A stretch of DNA of 58,316 nt, filler included, from Fonticula-like sp. SCN 57-25 (lineage: Eukaryota), in assembly GCA_001724245.1 (NCBI GenBank). It is 7 parts of 7 records of this genome, joined end to end, with 100 filler letters (N's around TTAATTAATTAA, not from the genome) between each part and the next. Parts side by side here need not be neighbours in the genome. Positions count along the whole stretch, not along the records: positions 35,001 to 42,633 come from MEDX01000347.1; positions 42,734 to 50,351 come from MEDX01000348.1; 5 more parts are not named here. The stretch is one strand, 5' to 3'. Positions 36,248 to 47,544 of the stretch are shown piece by piece. Position numbers and translations under genes: made by a program. Below the pieces are notes generated by a model that was given only the letters and a program-made list of their open reading frames with translations, searched no databases and was not told where the DNA came from. The first letter of the stretch is position 1; each line of letters opens with the position of its first letter.

Positions 36248-36904
36248 GGGTTCATTTACTTTAAAAAATATTTTTCATTTCTCATATCAAATCCATTTTT
36301 CCGAAAAATATTTTCAAAAACTCATTTACTTTGACAAATTTTAACAAAATTTTTGAAAAATATTTTTCGAATCTCATATGAGATCGAAAAACACCTCCGG
36401 AGGTGTTTTTCGAATCTGATTTTTATTTTTCGCGCTGTCATTGTTTTGTGTGCCATTGAGGCTGCATCGATGCGGTGTACTGTTGATGTCGCGCGGCCGT
36501 CGCAAACATACCCAGGGTGACCGCTCCCGAGGAAGAGGCTTATGAGGGAGAGGAGGAGGTACGCGATGGGCTGATGGCGTGTTGTGGTGCAGCTAATCAT
36601 CAACCTCTTCGATGGCCGGTGGGCATCGCCGCAGATCGTCGACATCGACGCTGGCCGCGACGATGAAATGGACGCCGCAGATGCCGCGGGGCAGGAAGCG
36701 AGCGGGCCAGGGGCGAGCACCAGAGACGACGCAGATGCCGCGGGGGCCGGGGCAGGAGGCGAGCGGGTCACGAAAAATGAAATCCTATGGTCGTTTATTT
36801 TGCTCTAAAAACTTTTTGTTTTTGAAAAATAAAAAATGGTGTGCAATCGAAAAATATTTTTGAAAAATGAAAATCGAAAAATATTTTTTAAAGTAAATGA
36901 ACCC
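36248..36904. mobile_element. Non-autonomous PIF/Harbinger (Tourist-like) MITE, 657 bp
   Basis: Perfect 29-bp TIRs GGGTTCATTTACTTTAAAAAATATTTTTC (36248-36276 and 36876-36904), flanked by TTA on both sides (36245-36247, 36905-36907). No transposase ORF. Confidence 0.88.
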
Positions 36905-37122
36905 TTAGTTTTTAATACTCGAAACATGTTTAATGGATAATTCGTTTATTGGCGCCCTTTTTACTCCCAAAGGCACAAGCACACGCGCACACATAAACAC
37001 AATGACATACAAAAAGCGCCGCATCGGCACGAAAGCGAATCAGAAGCCAGCTGGGACACAAGACGCCCCCCCTGGCCCTGCACTATACACATTTTGGGCT
37101 AGCCGCCCCGCTCTACACAGCC

Positions 37123-40100
37123 TTAGGCCGACACCTCGTTTCCAATGAGGTGCTCGTAAAATTCCGACGCCTTGGCCTTAAAGTCGACCGACGGCTGTCC
37201 GCTCTCAAAGAACTCGGCGACCGCGTCCTTGACGATAACGTCCTCGCCAAACAGGTAGTCGAGCACGTCCGACACGGCGCCGGCCGACAGCCGCGACTTG
37301 ACAACGTACTCGTCAAAGCCCTGCAGGTAGCCGGCCATGATGCTCGTCGTCTCCCCGGCAAAGGTCTTGAGAAGCTCCTCGTACTTTTTCAGGGCGTCCT
37401 CGGGCTCGGCAGAGCCGTCGGCCGGCAGCGCGTGCTCCGCAATGGCATTGAACACGAGCTTGGCGGCCGAGGCAGCCTGAAGCGGCGGCACGCTCTCCAA
37501 AAGCGCCTCGAGCGCAGACACGTCGGCGACAGCGGCGCTCAGCTCAGCGGCAGTCAAAAGAGTCGGCTGCGGGCGATCGGCCGCCGTCAACGACGAAATA
37601 ACGGCCGAAGCGTTCTCAGCGTCGCCGAGCTTCTTGGTGACGGTATCAACAAGCTTCTTGAACGACTCGGTCGCGCGGACATTGTCAATCTCGAGCAGGA
37701 GCTCGGGGGCGACGCCGCCGGCATTGACGGCCTGCACGACAACCTCGGCGGCGGTCGAAACGCAGCTGGGGATGTCCGTCACAAGGTCGTCAAGGATGGC
37801 AAACGCTTCGTCGAAACTACACGAGAGTTAGCACGAGGAAAAGCAGCAGAGTAATAGAAAAAAAACAAGGAAATTGGGCGCATCAGAACCAGAAAAGAAA
37901 TATCCTCACGAAATTCGTCAGAAGAACGAAAGTATTGGTTAAAAGCATCACACGCGCTCATTCCATGCACAATGTAAAATAAAGCCGAAACGTACCCAGC
38001 GACAAAGTCGACGCTCGAGAAGATCTCGTTCTGAAGGAAAGTCATAAGGAGGCCAATTGACGGCTCAATCTCCGAATTCCTCATATCAATGATCTTGAGC
38101 AAGAACTTTTCAACAATCATGTTGTCCGGGTTCTCCTCCTGCAGGCGCTTGACGGAATCCTCAGCGTCCTACGAACCAGCAAGCGTCAGCGGGCCGAAAA
38201 TAAACCAAAAAAAAATCGTACGGCCAGATCCTTGTTATTGAGGTAGCCGCTGATGAGCGCGCCTGTCCTGCGCTCCACCTCTTCGGGGTTACCCTTCTTC
38301 GGCGGCGGCGTGGCCGGCTTGGCCTCGGCCGCCTGCGCCGGGGCGGCGTTCGAGCCGCTGTCGTCGCGCAGAGCGTCAAACTTGTTGGGCTTGGTGGCGA
38401 CAGGGGCGGGGGTGGCGACCTGCTGCGGGCCCTGGCTCGAGGTGGAGCGCTTCCACCCGGGCTGGAACGTCTGCTGGCTCGCCTGCGGCTTCATGCCGAG
38501 CGGCCTATAGGTGCCGGCGGCCTCGGCGGGCGGAGCGCCGCGACCTCCGCGGGAGCCGCGGTCTGTCGACTGGCGGCTCGACCCTCCGCCGCGCGACTGG
38601 CTGCGGAGCGACGAGTCGTTCGTGTTGGAGCGGGACTCGAGCGACTTGACCTTGGTATCCCTCGGAATCCACTTGTCCTTCTCGCGAAGTTCAATAATAC
38701 CCTCCACCATGAAGCGGATGCGCGAAGAGGGCTTCTTCTCGCCGGCCAGAATTGCCTGGAGGCGAGCGATGTGCTCCTTGACGCCCTTCTGCGCCTTGTC
38801 CGACGGCTCAGACGTGTCGAGCTGGCGACCCACAGTGCGGAGAAGGTTGCACACGCACTCCAAATCCTGCTCGTCGGGGTCCTCCAAGAGCATGCGCAGG
38901 CAAGCGTGCATGATGTGGCCCTTCAAGAGGCGCTCCTTGTACAGCTCACCGATAAAGGTCATGATACCCAACATCTGACGCTTCATGCGCAGGCGATTGT
39001 AGTCATACTCCTCAAGCTGCTCCGGCGTCATTTCGGCCTTCATCTCGGGCGTGAGAACCTCGGCACGGTGCTCCTTGTTCGTGAACGAAATCTCGCACTT
39101 GGTGAGCAGTGCGCGGCGGAAAAGGTCGCCAATGCGCTCCGACTTCTCTTCGCCTTCGGGCGTCATGGTCGCGTACTCGCCGGGGATCTCCTTGTGGATA
39201 GCATGGCAAAACTTGGCATAAGTGGGGCCGAACAGCGGCTCGTCAACAGCCTTTTCAAAGAAGAGCTCGACAATGTCGTGCAGCAGCTGCTGCGACCGGA
39301 TGGGCATGGCAAACATCTCCGCCTTGAGAGCATCAAAGTTCTCCTGGCTCAGCTTGTTCAGCAGCGCACGGATGCTACGGAGCGTGGCCTCGTCGAGGTT
39401 GTCTTCCGTGACGGCAAAGCGCTTGTACGCGTTCTCCGAGGCGACCAGCGGCGGGCCAAGGGGCGTCTCGGGCGCGGAACCAGCCTGCGACTGCTTGCGC
39501 GAAAGGTTGCCCCTCGGCTTCTTGCCGCGGTTGTCACGATCGCGGCTGGGCCGAGCATTGCCCGACGGACCCGAACGCGAGACGACGCGCTCGGTGATAG
39601 AGTTCAGGGCGTTCTTTGAGCAAACCTCGCTGGGGAGCTTAAAGTGCTCAGGGAGATCGCTGTATACCTTGTACTGGAGGAGGAGGTCGCGCTGAATAAC
39701 CTTGACGCCGTTGGTGACCGTGATGCCCTGCGACATCAAACGGGCAATCGGCAAAGGGGTCTGCTGCCCCGACGCCTCGCCTTCATTAAGCGGCGTTTCG
39801 CTGCCATCCAAAAGAGTCGTGTCCGACGGCACCTCGGTCGAGGAATTCAGCACGGGCGACTTGGTCTCCACCCTCAGCGGCTGCGCGCGAGCGGGCTCAG
39901 CCTTGGCGTCCGCAGCAGCGGCGGGCTGCGCCTCAACCTTGGCCTTTTCAGTCTCGGACGGAGCCGCCTTCTCAGCAGGGGCAGCAGCAACTTCGGCCTT
40001 TGCAGGTACAGCTGCGGCCGGCTTCTCGGCAACGGGCTCCTTCACTGCGGGCGCGGCAGCGCCAAGATCTACTTTCTCTAACCGCGTTGCTACCTCCTCC

Positions 40101-40531
40101 ACCTTGGTCGGCGTAGCCTCTGCCGCAGAAACCGTGACGGGCTTGTGAGGGGTCTCCGTCTTCTCAGCGGGCTTCTGAGGGGTCTCAGTCTTCTCCTCGG
40201 CGGGCTTTGTTGCCAACGCGGGCGAAGCAGCGTCAACCAACGCCTTTACATTCAGCGCCTCCTTGGTCGTAGGATCAGAAATTTTAATACCCTTCTTTGG
40301 CGTTACCGGGGCCGCTACCTGAGGCGCGGCCCGCATCGGGCTAGGCATCTGCTGCGGCATGAACTGCGGCTGCGGAGCATAGGTAGGGAAATTGGGTTGG
40401 TACATCATGTGCGGCGGTGGCGGGCCATAAAACTGGTTAGGCGGCGGAAACTGACCGGGCGGCGGAATAAAAACGGGAGAATTAACCGGAAAGGCCTGCG
40501 GCGGCCGGTTATTGCGATGAGGACTCGCCAT
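37123..40531 (-). CDS. EIF4G: Eukaryotic translation initiation factor 4G (MIF4G, MA3 and W2-like domains)
   Basis: Pro/Gln-rich N-terminus, IKISDPTT, RSIRALLNKLSQENFD, FEKAVDEPLFGPTYAKFC, FRRALLTKCE, LGIMTFIGELYK, SSRIRFMVEGIIELR. Introns near 38170-38220 and at 37817-37995. Confidence 0.93.
37878..37957 (-). ncRNA. Intronic box C/D snoRNA, SNORD59/snR54-like (18S rRNA 2'-O-methylation guide)
   Basis: Terminal stem gcgcg/tgcgc, box C GTGATGC, guide ACTTTCGTTCTT just before D' CTGA, C' GTGAGGA, box D CTGA. The guide is complementary to the conserved 18S segment AAGAACGAAAGU. It lies in an unusually long (179 nt) intron. Confidence 0.88.
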
Positions 40532-41019
40532 GTCTGGGTAGCCTTTCACGAGTGTCAGCACAATTGCAGGCACAGTATTTCGTGGAGATCCAACACTCAA
40601 CCCGCTCAGACACACTTGAACACAGCAGCAAACAAGTACACAAAGACACCCAATCGACACCACACCACGGATGAGCCCACTCATGACAACACATTACATT
40701 GACAGCATGACGTGAACACGTCGCCTGCCAACTAGACTAGCATCCATCCGTACCTACGATCGACGTCCGATAGATAGACTAGGTCGCGGAAGGGGCGCTT
40801 TGCGGCTCTCCTTCGCTGCGGTTATGCCGTCGCACCCACAGGAGCTAGTCCTAGTGCGGTACCCGGCGATGGATGGATGGAGCTGCCTTCGGTCACCCTG
40901 CAGTGGCCGATGCACGTTCCGTCTGCAGTCGGATTCGCGCGCGCGATGGATGCAAGCAACTCGCAGTTTGCAGTTTGCAATCTAGTTTCTCGGCTCGTTG
41001 TGATTCTTTCTCCTTCGAG

Positions 41020-42140
41020 ATGGGGAGCCTGGAGAAGACCCATGGCCTGCCGGTTTCCACAAAGGTACGCAAAGCAGCTCGACCCCGGCTGCTGGGCTCA
41101 CTTTAATTGGACTTAACTAACGCCCGCCGCAGGACAAGCAGTCGCTGCAGTCGTATGGGACCGGCATCATCGCCTCGGTCGTGGCCTTCTACTGGGTCGT
41201 GTCGCTGTCGGTCGTGTTCCTTAACAAGTACATCTTCAGGTACGCACTCTTCTCCCCTGCCGCGCCTTTGCTCACACGCACCCTTAGCTCGTCAGAGAAC
41301 AAGTTCCCGTACCCGCTCTTTGTGACATGGTACCAGATCTTTGTCGCGCTCGTGCTTCTCGTGGTGTGCGGCTGGCTTGGCCAGTTCTGGCGTCCCCTTT
41401 CCATGATCCCCCCCATGACGCTCACCCGCCACACCTCGTCCCAAATTATGCCCCTCACGCTGCTCTACGTCGGCATGCTCGGCACCAACAACCTCTGCCT
41501 CCAGTATGTTGAGGTTTCCTTTTACCAGGTCGCGCGCTCGCTCTCGATCGTCTTCAACATTATCTTTACGTACACTGTCCTCGGCCAAAAGACATCGTCG
41601 CCCGCCATCATGTCGTGCGTCATTATTTTCATTGGATTCGTGCTTGGCTCGTACGGCGAGATGAACTTTTCGTGGGAGGGCGTCGTTTATGGCGTCGCCG
41701 CGAGCTGCTTTGTCGCGCTCTACGGCATCTTTGTCAAGAAGAAGCTCGCCGTCGTGCAGGACAACGAGTGGGTCCTGCTCCAGTACAACACTGCGCTCGC
41801 CACCGTCGTGCTGCTCCCCATCGTCTACGCCAGCGGCGAGTTTGCCTTTTTGAGCGACCCCGAGGTCGCGCACCTCCTCACCAACTGGTCGTTCTGGCTC
41901 GTCATGACGATCACCGCCATCACCGGCTTCCTCATCAACATTGCAATCTTCCTCCAAATCAAGGTGACCACGTCGCTCACAAACACCATCTCGGGCACCG
42001 CCAAGGCCTGCGTGCAGTCGCTCCTCGGATGGCTCGTGTTCCGCAACGTCATCACGCCGCTCAACCTCACCGGCATCCTCCTCTCGCTCGCGGGCTCAGC
42101 GCTCTACTCGTGGGTCCGCTTCCGCGAAATGCGCCGCTAA
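41020..42140 (+). CDS. SLC35C1: GDP-fucose transporter-like nucleotide-sugar transporter
   Basis: FYWVVSLSVVFLNKY, PLFVTWYQ, NNLCLQYVEVSFYQVARSL, IKVTTSLTNTISGTAKACVQ; multiple TM segments; two short introns. Confidence 0.88.
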
Positions 42141-42332
42141 ACCATTATGTGACCCATCGATTTATGAATCGGGAATTGTTGTATATTTACGCTTAATGAA
42201 AGTGCCTTTTGTTATCTGAGCTGAAAAGGCGCTATAGGGAAAATCGTCCAAAATCATGTGCGTTGCAAGACTTACATTGACCAACAATAACAAAAATGTC
42301 GAAAAAAGGCACTACATCACTAAAAAACTAGA

Positions 42333-42633
42333 TTACTTGGCCGCCGAGATGGCGGCGTGTGCAGCAGCAGCCGTCGCAGCCGCCGACGGCAGATTCCTGT
42401 CGTGCGCGAACCCGCACGCCTGCTGAATAACGCAAATCCACGCCGTCAAATCCTCGCTCGACTCTGCGTGGATGATCTGCTTGCCAACCTTGCGGTCAAC
42501 AAGCGCAAACGAAAAGATTTCATTTTCCGCATCGTTTGTGACCTGCAGCACCTCCTGCACCATGCGCAGGTCATAAATCACATGCATCGGCCTCTCATAC
42601 TCTGACGAGTCTTCCGTCTCGAGGAACGAAATG
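42333..42633 (-). CDS. C-terminal fragment of a PH-domain protein
   Basis: IYDLRMVQEV..FSFALVD..IIHAESSEDLTAWICVIQQA matches the C-terminal strands and Trp-helix of a PH domain; cut by the contig end. Confidence 0.7.
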
Positions 42634-42899
42634 NNNNNNNNNNNNNNNNNNNNNNNNNNNNNNNNNNNNNNNNNNNNTTAATTAATTAANNNNNNNNNNN
42701 NNNNNNNNNNNNNNNNNNNNNNNNNNNNNNNNNTGACAGGCTTGTCACAACAGCTGACGTAATGGTAAATCTAGAGCTGCTGCTGCACAGCATCACAGAT
42801 GCGGCATCGCATGAGTACACAAGTGTATAAGTAGCGTACCTATTTATTGAAAGGTCAAAGTACAATCGTCACACATTGGCATCATCCTGAAGTAACGGA

Positions 42900-44100
42900 C
42901 AGCGTTTGCAGCACCATACGAAAGTCACAACATTGCCGCACAGAGTTGAAACAGCTTCCCGATGCATCCGAACAGCACTACTCTTAGCCCTAGCAGTGCC
43001 ATACCACTGTCCCCGGTCCAACAGTTCCAAAGCTTCCAAACTGCACCGCACTAAGCGATATCCATGCCGCGACGCGCTCAAAGAACGCTGGTTAACGTTA
43101 AAACAGTCGTAAACAGTGAGATATTAGTCAATATGACCAAGCTTCCTAACAGTGGCACACTGACAGCTAACGGTGCCACAGCGCGTTGTTCAAACAGTCC
43201 CACCAAGTTTTCAAACTAACAGTGCAACACTGTTCACTAAACAGCGAGACGAGGTGGCCTAACAATGCCACAACGCCCACAATCCTCGCCACTGATCTGG
43301 GGTCGAACAGTCCTGCAAGGCGTCCAAACAGCGCAGCCTAGTTCTCAAACAGTTGATTAAAGCCTATTAACAGTGCCACACGAAAGCTAGCAATGCCACG
43401 ACCCTTTCAAACAATGTCGCACAGGGTTTAAGCAGTCTCGCGAAGAGTCGAAACAGGGTCGCGGCGCACTGCACTCATCATATCACGAAGCCCTTAAACA
43501 GTGCCGCACTCAGCGCTATCAGTGCAACGACGCATCTGAACAGCGTCGCACAGGGTTGAATCAGTCTTGAGAATTGTCCAAACAGTGCTCTACAGTTCTC
43601 TAACAGAACGATGAAGCTTTCTAGCAGTGACATCCCGAAAGCGCAATGTCGTTTCGAGAGTTCAAACAGTGCAACAATCACTCGAACAGTCCCATACCGA
43701 TGGCAATGTCTGTACAAAAGTGCTGACAGTGTTACAAAGCATCCTAACAGTGTGCTTTTCGAGTGCGCAGACAGAGTCTTAATGAGCGTCCACACAGTGC
43801 TGTAAGGCCCAGTATCGGTGCCTAGCGCTCAAACAGTGCCACAGAGCACTCAAGCAGAGTTCAACAATACACTGGGAGTACCATGCAGTATACAAACAGT
43901 GCCACGCACAGCGCGAACCATGTAGCATTCGTTTTTTGGGCATAGTTATGGGTATACAGTTGTAGATAGTTCACAAACAGTGCCATAGAGCGTCCAGACA
44001 GTGAAATACAATTCATGAAGCGCTTCAAATGGGGCCATACAATGGTTCAACAGTTTCACACAGTGTTCAAACAGTTCTACACATTGCTCAAACAATGATG
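42900..44100 (+). repeat. Degenerate minisatellite rich in (A/T)AACAGT(GC) motifs
   Basis: Dozens of aacagt, aaacag and cagtgccac motifs, nearly all on one strand; no credible ORF. Confidence 0.65.
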
Positions 44101-44954
44101 TTCGGCTAGTGTGTCTGTCAATTATGGCGCTCGCAGTGGTTTTTAGTTAAAGTTGGTCGCAAACTCCAGGCAACGGCTGTTTGCCCGATGTATACCGCAA
44201 CGGTGTGAATGAAAGTACGATTATGGCCACATAGCATTGCTGTGGACTATTGAACACCTAGTTTCATTATGTGTCATCTTGTTACCTTGTTACCGTCGCA
44301 CTGCAGTTGCATAATGGACAACCGCGTCTTACAATGGATGTAACATAGGGGCACAAAGGCATGCGAATGTGCAAAGGAAACCACTTGTAAGTCGTTGCCA
44401 CCTTGATCAATAGCCCGTAGCATATTGTGCAAGTAAGACCCGAACGAACAGAGAGTGCTGCACGACAGTCGCGTGCCGCTGACAGTCAGAATCTTGCAAG
44501 CTATCATAATTTATACTATCGTACGGCCGGTCCTGTTCGTATGGACATACATATTGAAGGAGAATAATTATACGTTTTGACTTGATGAGTGCATGCACGC
44601 ATTGCAAAAGTTAAAGAAGTATATACCTTGTAACCGTCGGATGCGCTTGGTCACGCCACACATATGATGGATACCAGTATGATACAGCTCGCGTCTTGCC
44701 AGCCAGTTAGTTAGCCTTGTGTGTGAAATGGTCACCCTAAAATGACCGTTGTTCAATACGTTCTTTTAAATAACCATTGCATGAGATGAGCAGTGCGAGC
44801 GGAAGACCACACATCAACGCGAATGTATTAAACGCATAGCATACTGTTCTCAAAAGCCTAAACCATATTTTATACAATGCAAATCTGGTGACCACTTGAG
44901 GGGCGGTCCTGATTACGTCTGATTCGATTTGTCTGATCCTTTGAGTTGGACAGG

Positions 44955-45663
44955 ATGGCGGCAGCACCGACGTTTGAAGTGCGTGCTGGGCTCAAGACAG
45001 CCTTGCACGCGGCAAAGTATCCGCACTCTGCTGTGTGCGGTCTTTACCTCGGCCCGCTTGGGTCTACTGATGCCGCCGTGACGCACGTCTCGGACGCCGT
45101 GCCCGTAACCCACGTCAATGCAACGCTCCCGCTCACGTTCGAGGTCGCTGTCCAGCTTGTACGTACACACGGTCGTCGCCGTTCGTCTTTGTGCTTGTCT
45201 CTAACGAGCGCCTCAGGTAAGTGCTCATGCCGATCTCAACAAGATGCGCGTCGTGGGCGCCTACTTTTTCGAAGAAGCCTACTCGGCCGGTGAGCCAACA
45301 CAGTACGCGCGCCAGCTCATGGCAGCTCTCGCCGAACGGTTCGGCCGCGTCATCCTCGTCACGGTACGCTGCTGTAGCTGCTATTTATCTAAGCATTTTG
45401 TTTGAGTTATTAATTTGCACATCTCTCGTGTGTAGGCGACGAATTCGCTCCTTCTGTCGGATCCCGCAAAGGCGTGCCGCGTAACAGAATTTTCTAAATC
45501 GTCGCCGCCGCAGACGTTGAGCTCTCCCAGCGTGCTCGATCAGGAGGGTGTCTCTCGCTTCGGCCAATTGAGGAAGGAAACCTCTGCGCTTGACAAGTTG
45601 GTCGATGTCGAGGACACGCTTGACAGGCCGTCCCTCTCATTTCTCAACCAGCATATTGTATAG
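44955..45663 (+). CDS. EMC8: ER membrane protein complex subunit 8/9 (UPF0172)
   Basis: KTALHAAKYPHSAVCGL, SDAVPVTH, FEVAVQL and C-terminal LVDVEDTLD..FLN; short introns. Confidence 0.85.
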
Positions 45664-45934
45664 AGCGGCTATTTCATAGAGTCTAATGTAATGCATAGCT
45701 TGTTTTGAAATTCAGAGAACATTGTTGCATGATATGCGTGTTTTTCTTTTACGCTGTTCTCTTCCAGCGACCTTTCTATCCCAAGCTAGTTTGAAATACG
45801 CGGCCGAGCGTGCAATGTCCCTCGTTGTGAAAAGATATCATACCGCGCCCATTCAATACCTAAATATCCATATTTAATCGTGAAAGCATTATTTATATTA
45901 AATTTAATAGAAACTTTAAAACAAAAAGACAGTT

Positions 45935-46947
45935 TTAACCGATGACGACCTTTGCGTCACCCTCGGTGAACTCGTAAGCGGGGACCTCGAGGTTGAGCGG
46001 CGCGGGGCCCTGGCGGATACGCCCCGAAACGTCGTAGTGGGAGCCGTGGCACGGGCAGAACCATCCGCCAAAGTCACCGGCCTCGCCGATCGGGACGCAT
46101 CCAAGGTGCGTGCAGACGCCGAGGAGGACGAGCCACTCGGGCTTCTTGACGCGGTCCGCATCCGTCTGGGGGTCGCGGAGGTCGCTCACATTCACAGAAT
46201 TGGCCTGCGCAATCTCCTCGCCGGTGCGGTGACGGATGAAGACGGGCTTTCCGCGCCACTTGATCACGAGGTTCTTGCCCTCGGGGATCTGGGCGAGATC
46301 AACCTCCACCTTGGCAAGAGCCAGCACGTCGGCAGACGCGGAGAGAGTGCTAATCAAGTCAGTGAGCACGTTCTTCACGGCGGTCGCCGCAACAACACCA
46401 CCAGTGCCAGCAACAAAGTAGGTGAACGCGCGGCGGGTCGGGTCGGCGACAGACTCGTCTTGCCTGTAGTCCGAGAAATCAGGGACGCCAGTGGGCGAGG
46501 GCGACGCGGACGTGGCCATGCGGCGCTGCGCAACAAAGCCGGTCGAGTACGACGTCGCTGTTCATCTACGTCAGCATCGCAGGGTACATGACATGCACAA
46601 AAAGACGCACTGTTGAGGAGCGTGCGCACGGACGAGATGGCGCGCAGAGGCGAGGCGCCAACGAGCGAGTCCTCGCGGTGCTGAGTGGCAGCCGGCGTGA
46701 TGGCAGCGGCATGCTCACCGGCATGGGCGGCAAACGCTGCAAAAACACGTCAGTACGACGGGACAGCAAGGGTGGGCGGCGGAAAGGCGAACGAGGGAAA
46801 AAGGAAACGTGATAATGGAAAAAGCGAGGAACACAGCGGGACACGGTACGTACTGCGCGCCATGTTCGGCTTGAGAGCAGTTGTGTTAAGCGCCGTCTTG
46901 GCGGCGGCGGCGCGCGCCACGACGCTCGACCCTCCGAGGCGGTACAT
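45935..46947 (-). CDS. UQCRFS1: Cytochrome bc1 Rieske iron-sulfur subunit with mitochondrial presequence, 3 exons
   Basis: [59 protein letters not shown]. Confidence 0.98.
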
Positions 46948-47130
46948 TCTTCCGATCCAACCGACGACGGGGACTCGCACGATCTCGAGCACCGGGCAAC
47001 GAGGGTTTCCTTTCGTAAGGAAGAAAAAAAAGAGAACACGTTCCGTTCATGGTCGTCAGTCGTTGATGGTCATGAAGACAAATACGGTAATATAAAGTCC
47101 TTTCTTGGAACGTGTTTCTCATCGTAGAAT

Positions 47131-47201
47131 GCGCCGGTGGTCTAGTGGTAGAATTGCCGCCTGCCACGCGGTAGACCCGGGTTCGATTCCCGGCCGGCGC
47201 A
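47131..47201 (+). tRNA. tRNA-Gly(GCC)
   Basis: Acceptor GCGCCGG/CCGGCGC, TGGTCTAGTGGTAGAAT, anticodon GCC at 47163-47165, GGTTCGATTCC, and a T-run terminator from 47210. Confidence 0.97.
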
Positions 47202-47544
47202 CTGCCTTATTTTTTTGTTTTTTTGTAGCAGCCTTTTGCACGAGTGGGCGTCCGAAAGCCATACAGGACAAGAGTAATTCTTTGGCAGTAGATGTATCAG
47301 AGAGGCATGACTTTTTCTCAGGTGTCCCGACTAGTTCAATGTGAGTGAATTGGTTTTAATGATGCGTTTATGTGAAATTCTGAGTTAGCGCCACTTTCTC
47401 TGTGTTCATTGTGGCCAGTGTTTGTATCGTGTTTATATAGTCATATGAAGCAGAGCAGAGAGTCATAATTATCACTTTGTCACTGATACCTTCCCTCCAC
47501 CCTTACTATAAACAATCGCGATTCAATCCCGATCGAGCTGTAAA

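Noticed and set aside
40532-40760. N-terminal hydrophobic extension of the 832-aa eIF4G ORF as a signal peptide
   Set aside because: The region has a branch point and AG acceptor just before the ATG at 40531 and reads as an intron; I found no snoRNA boxes in it.
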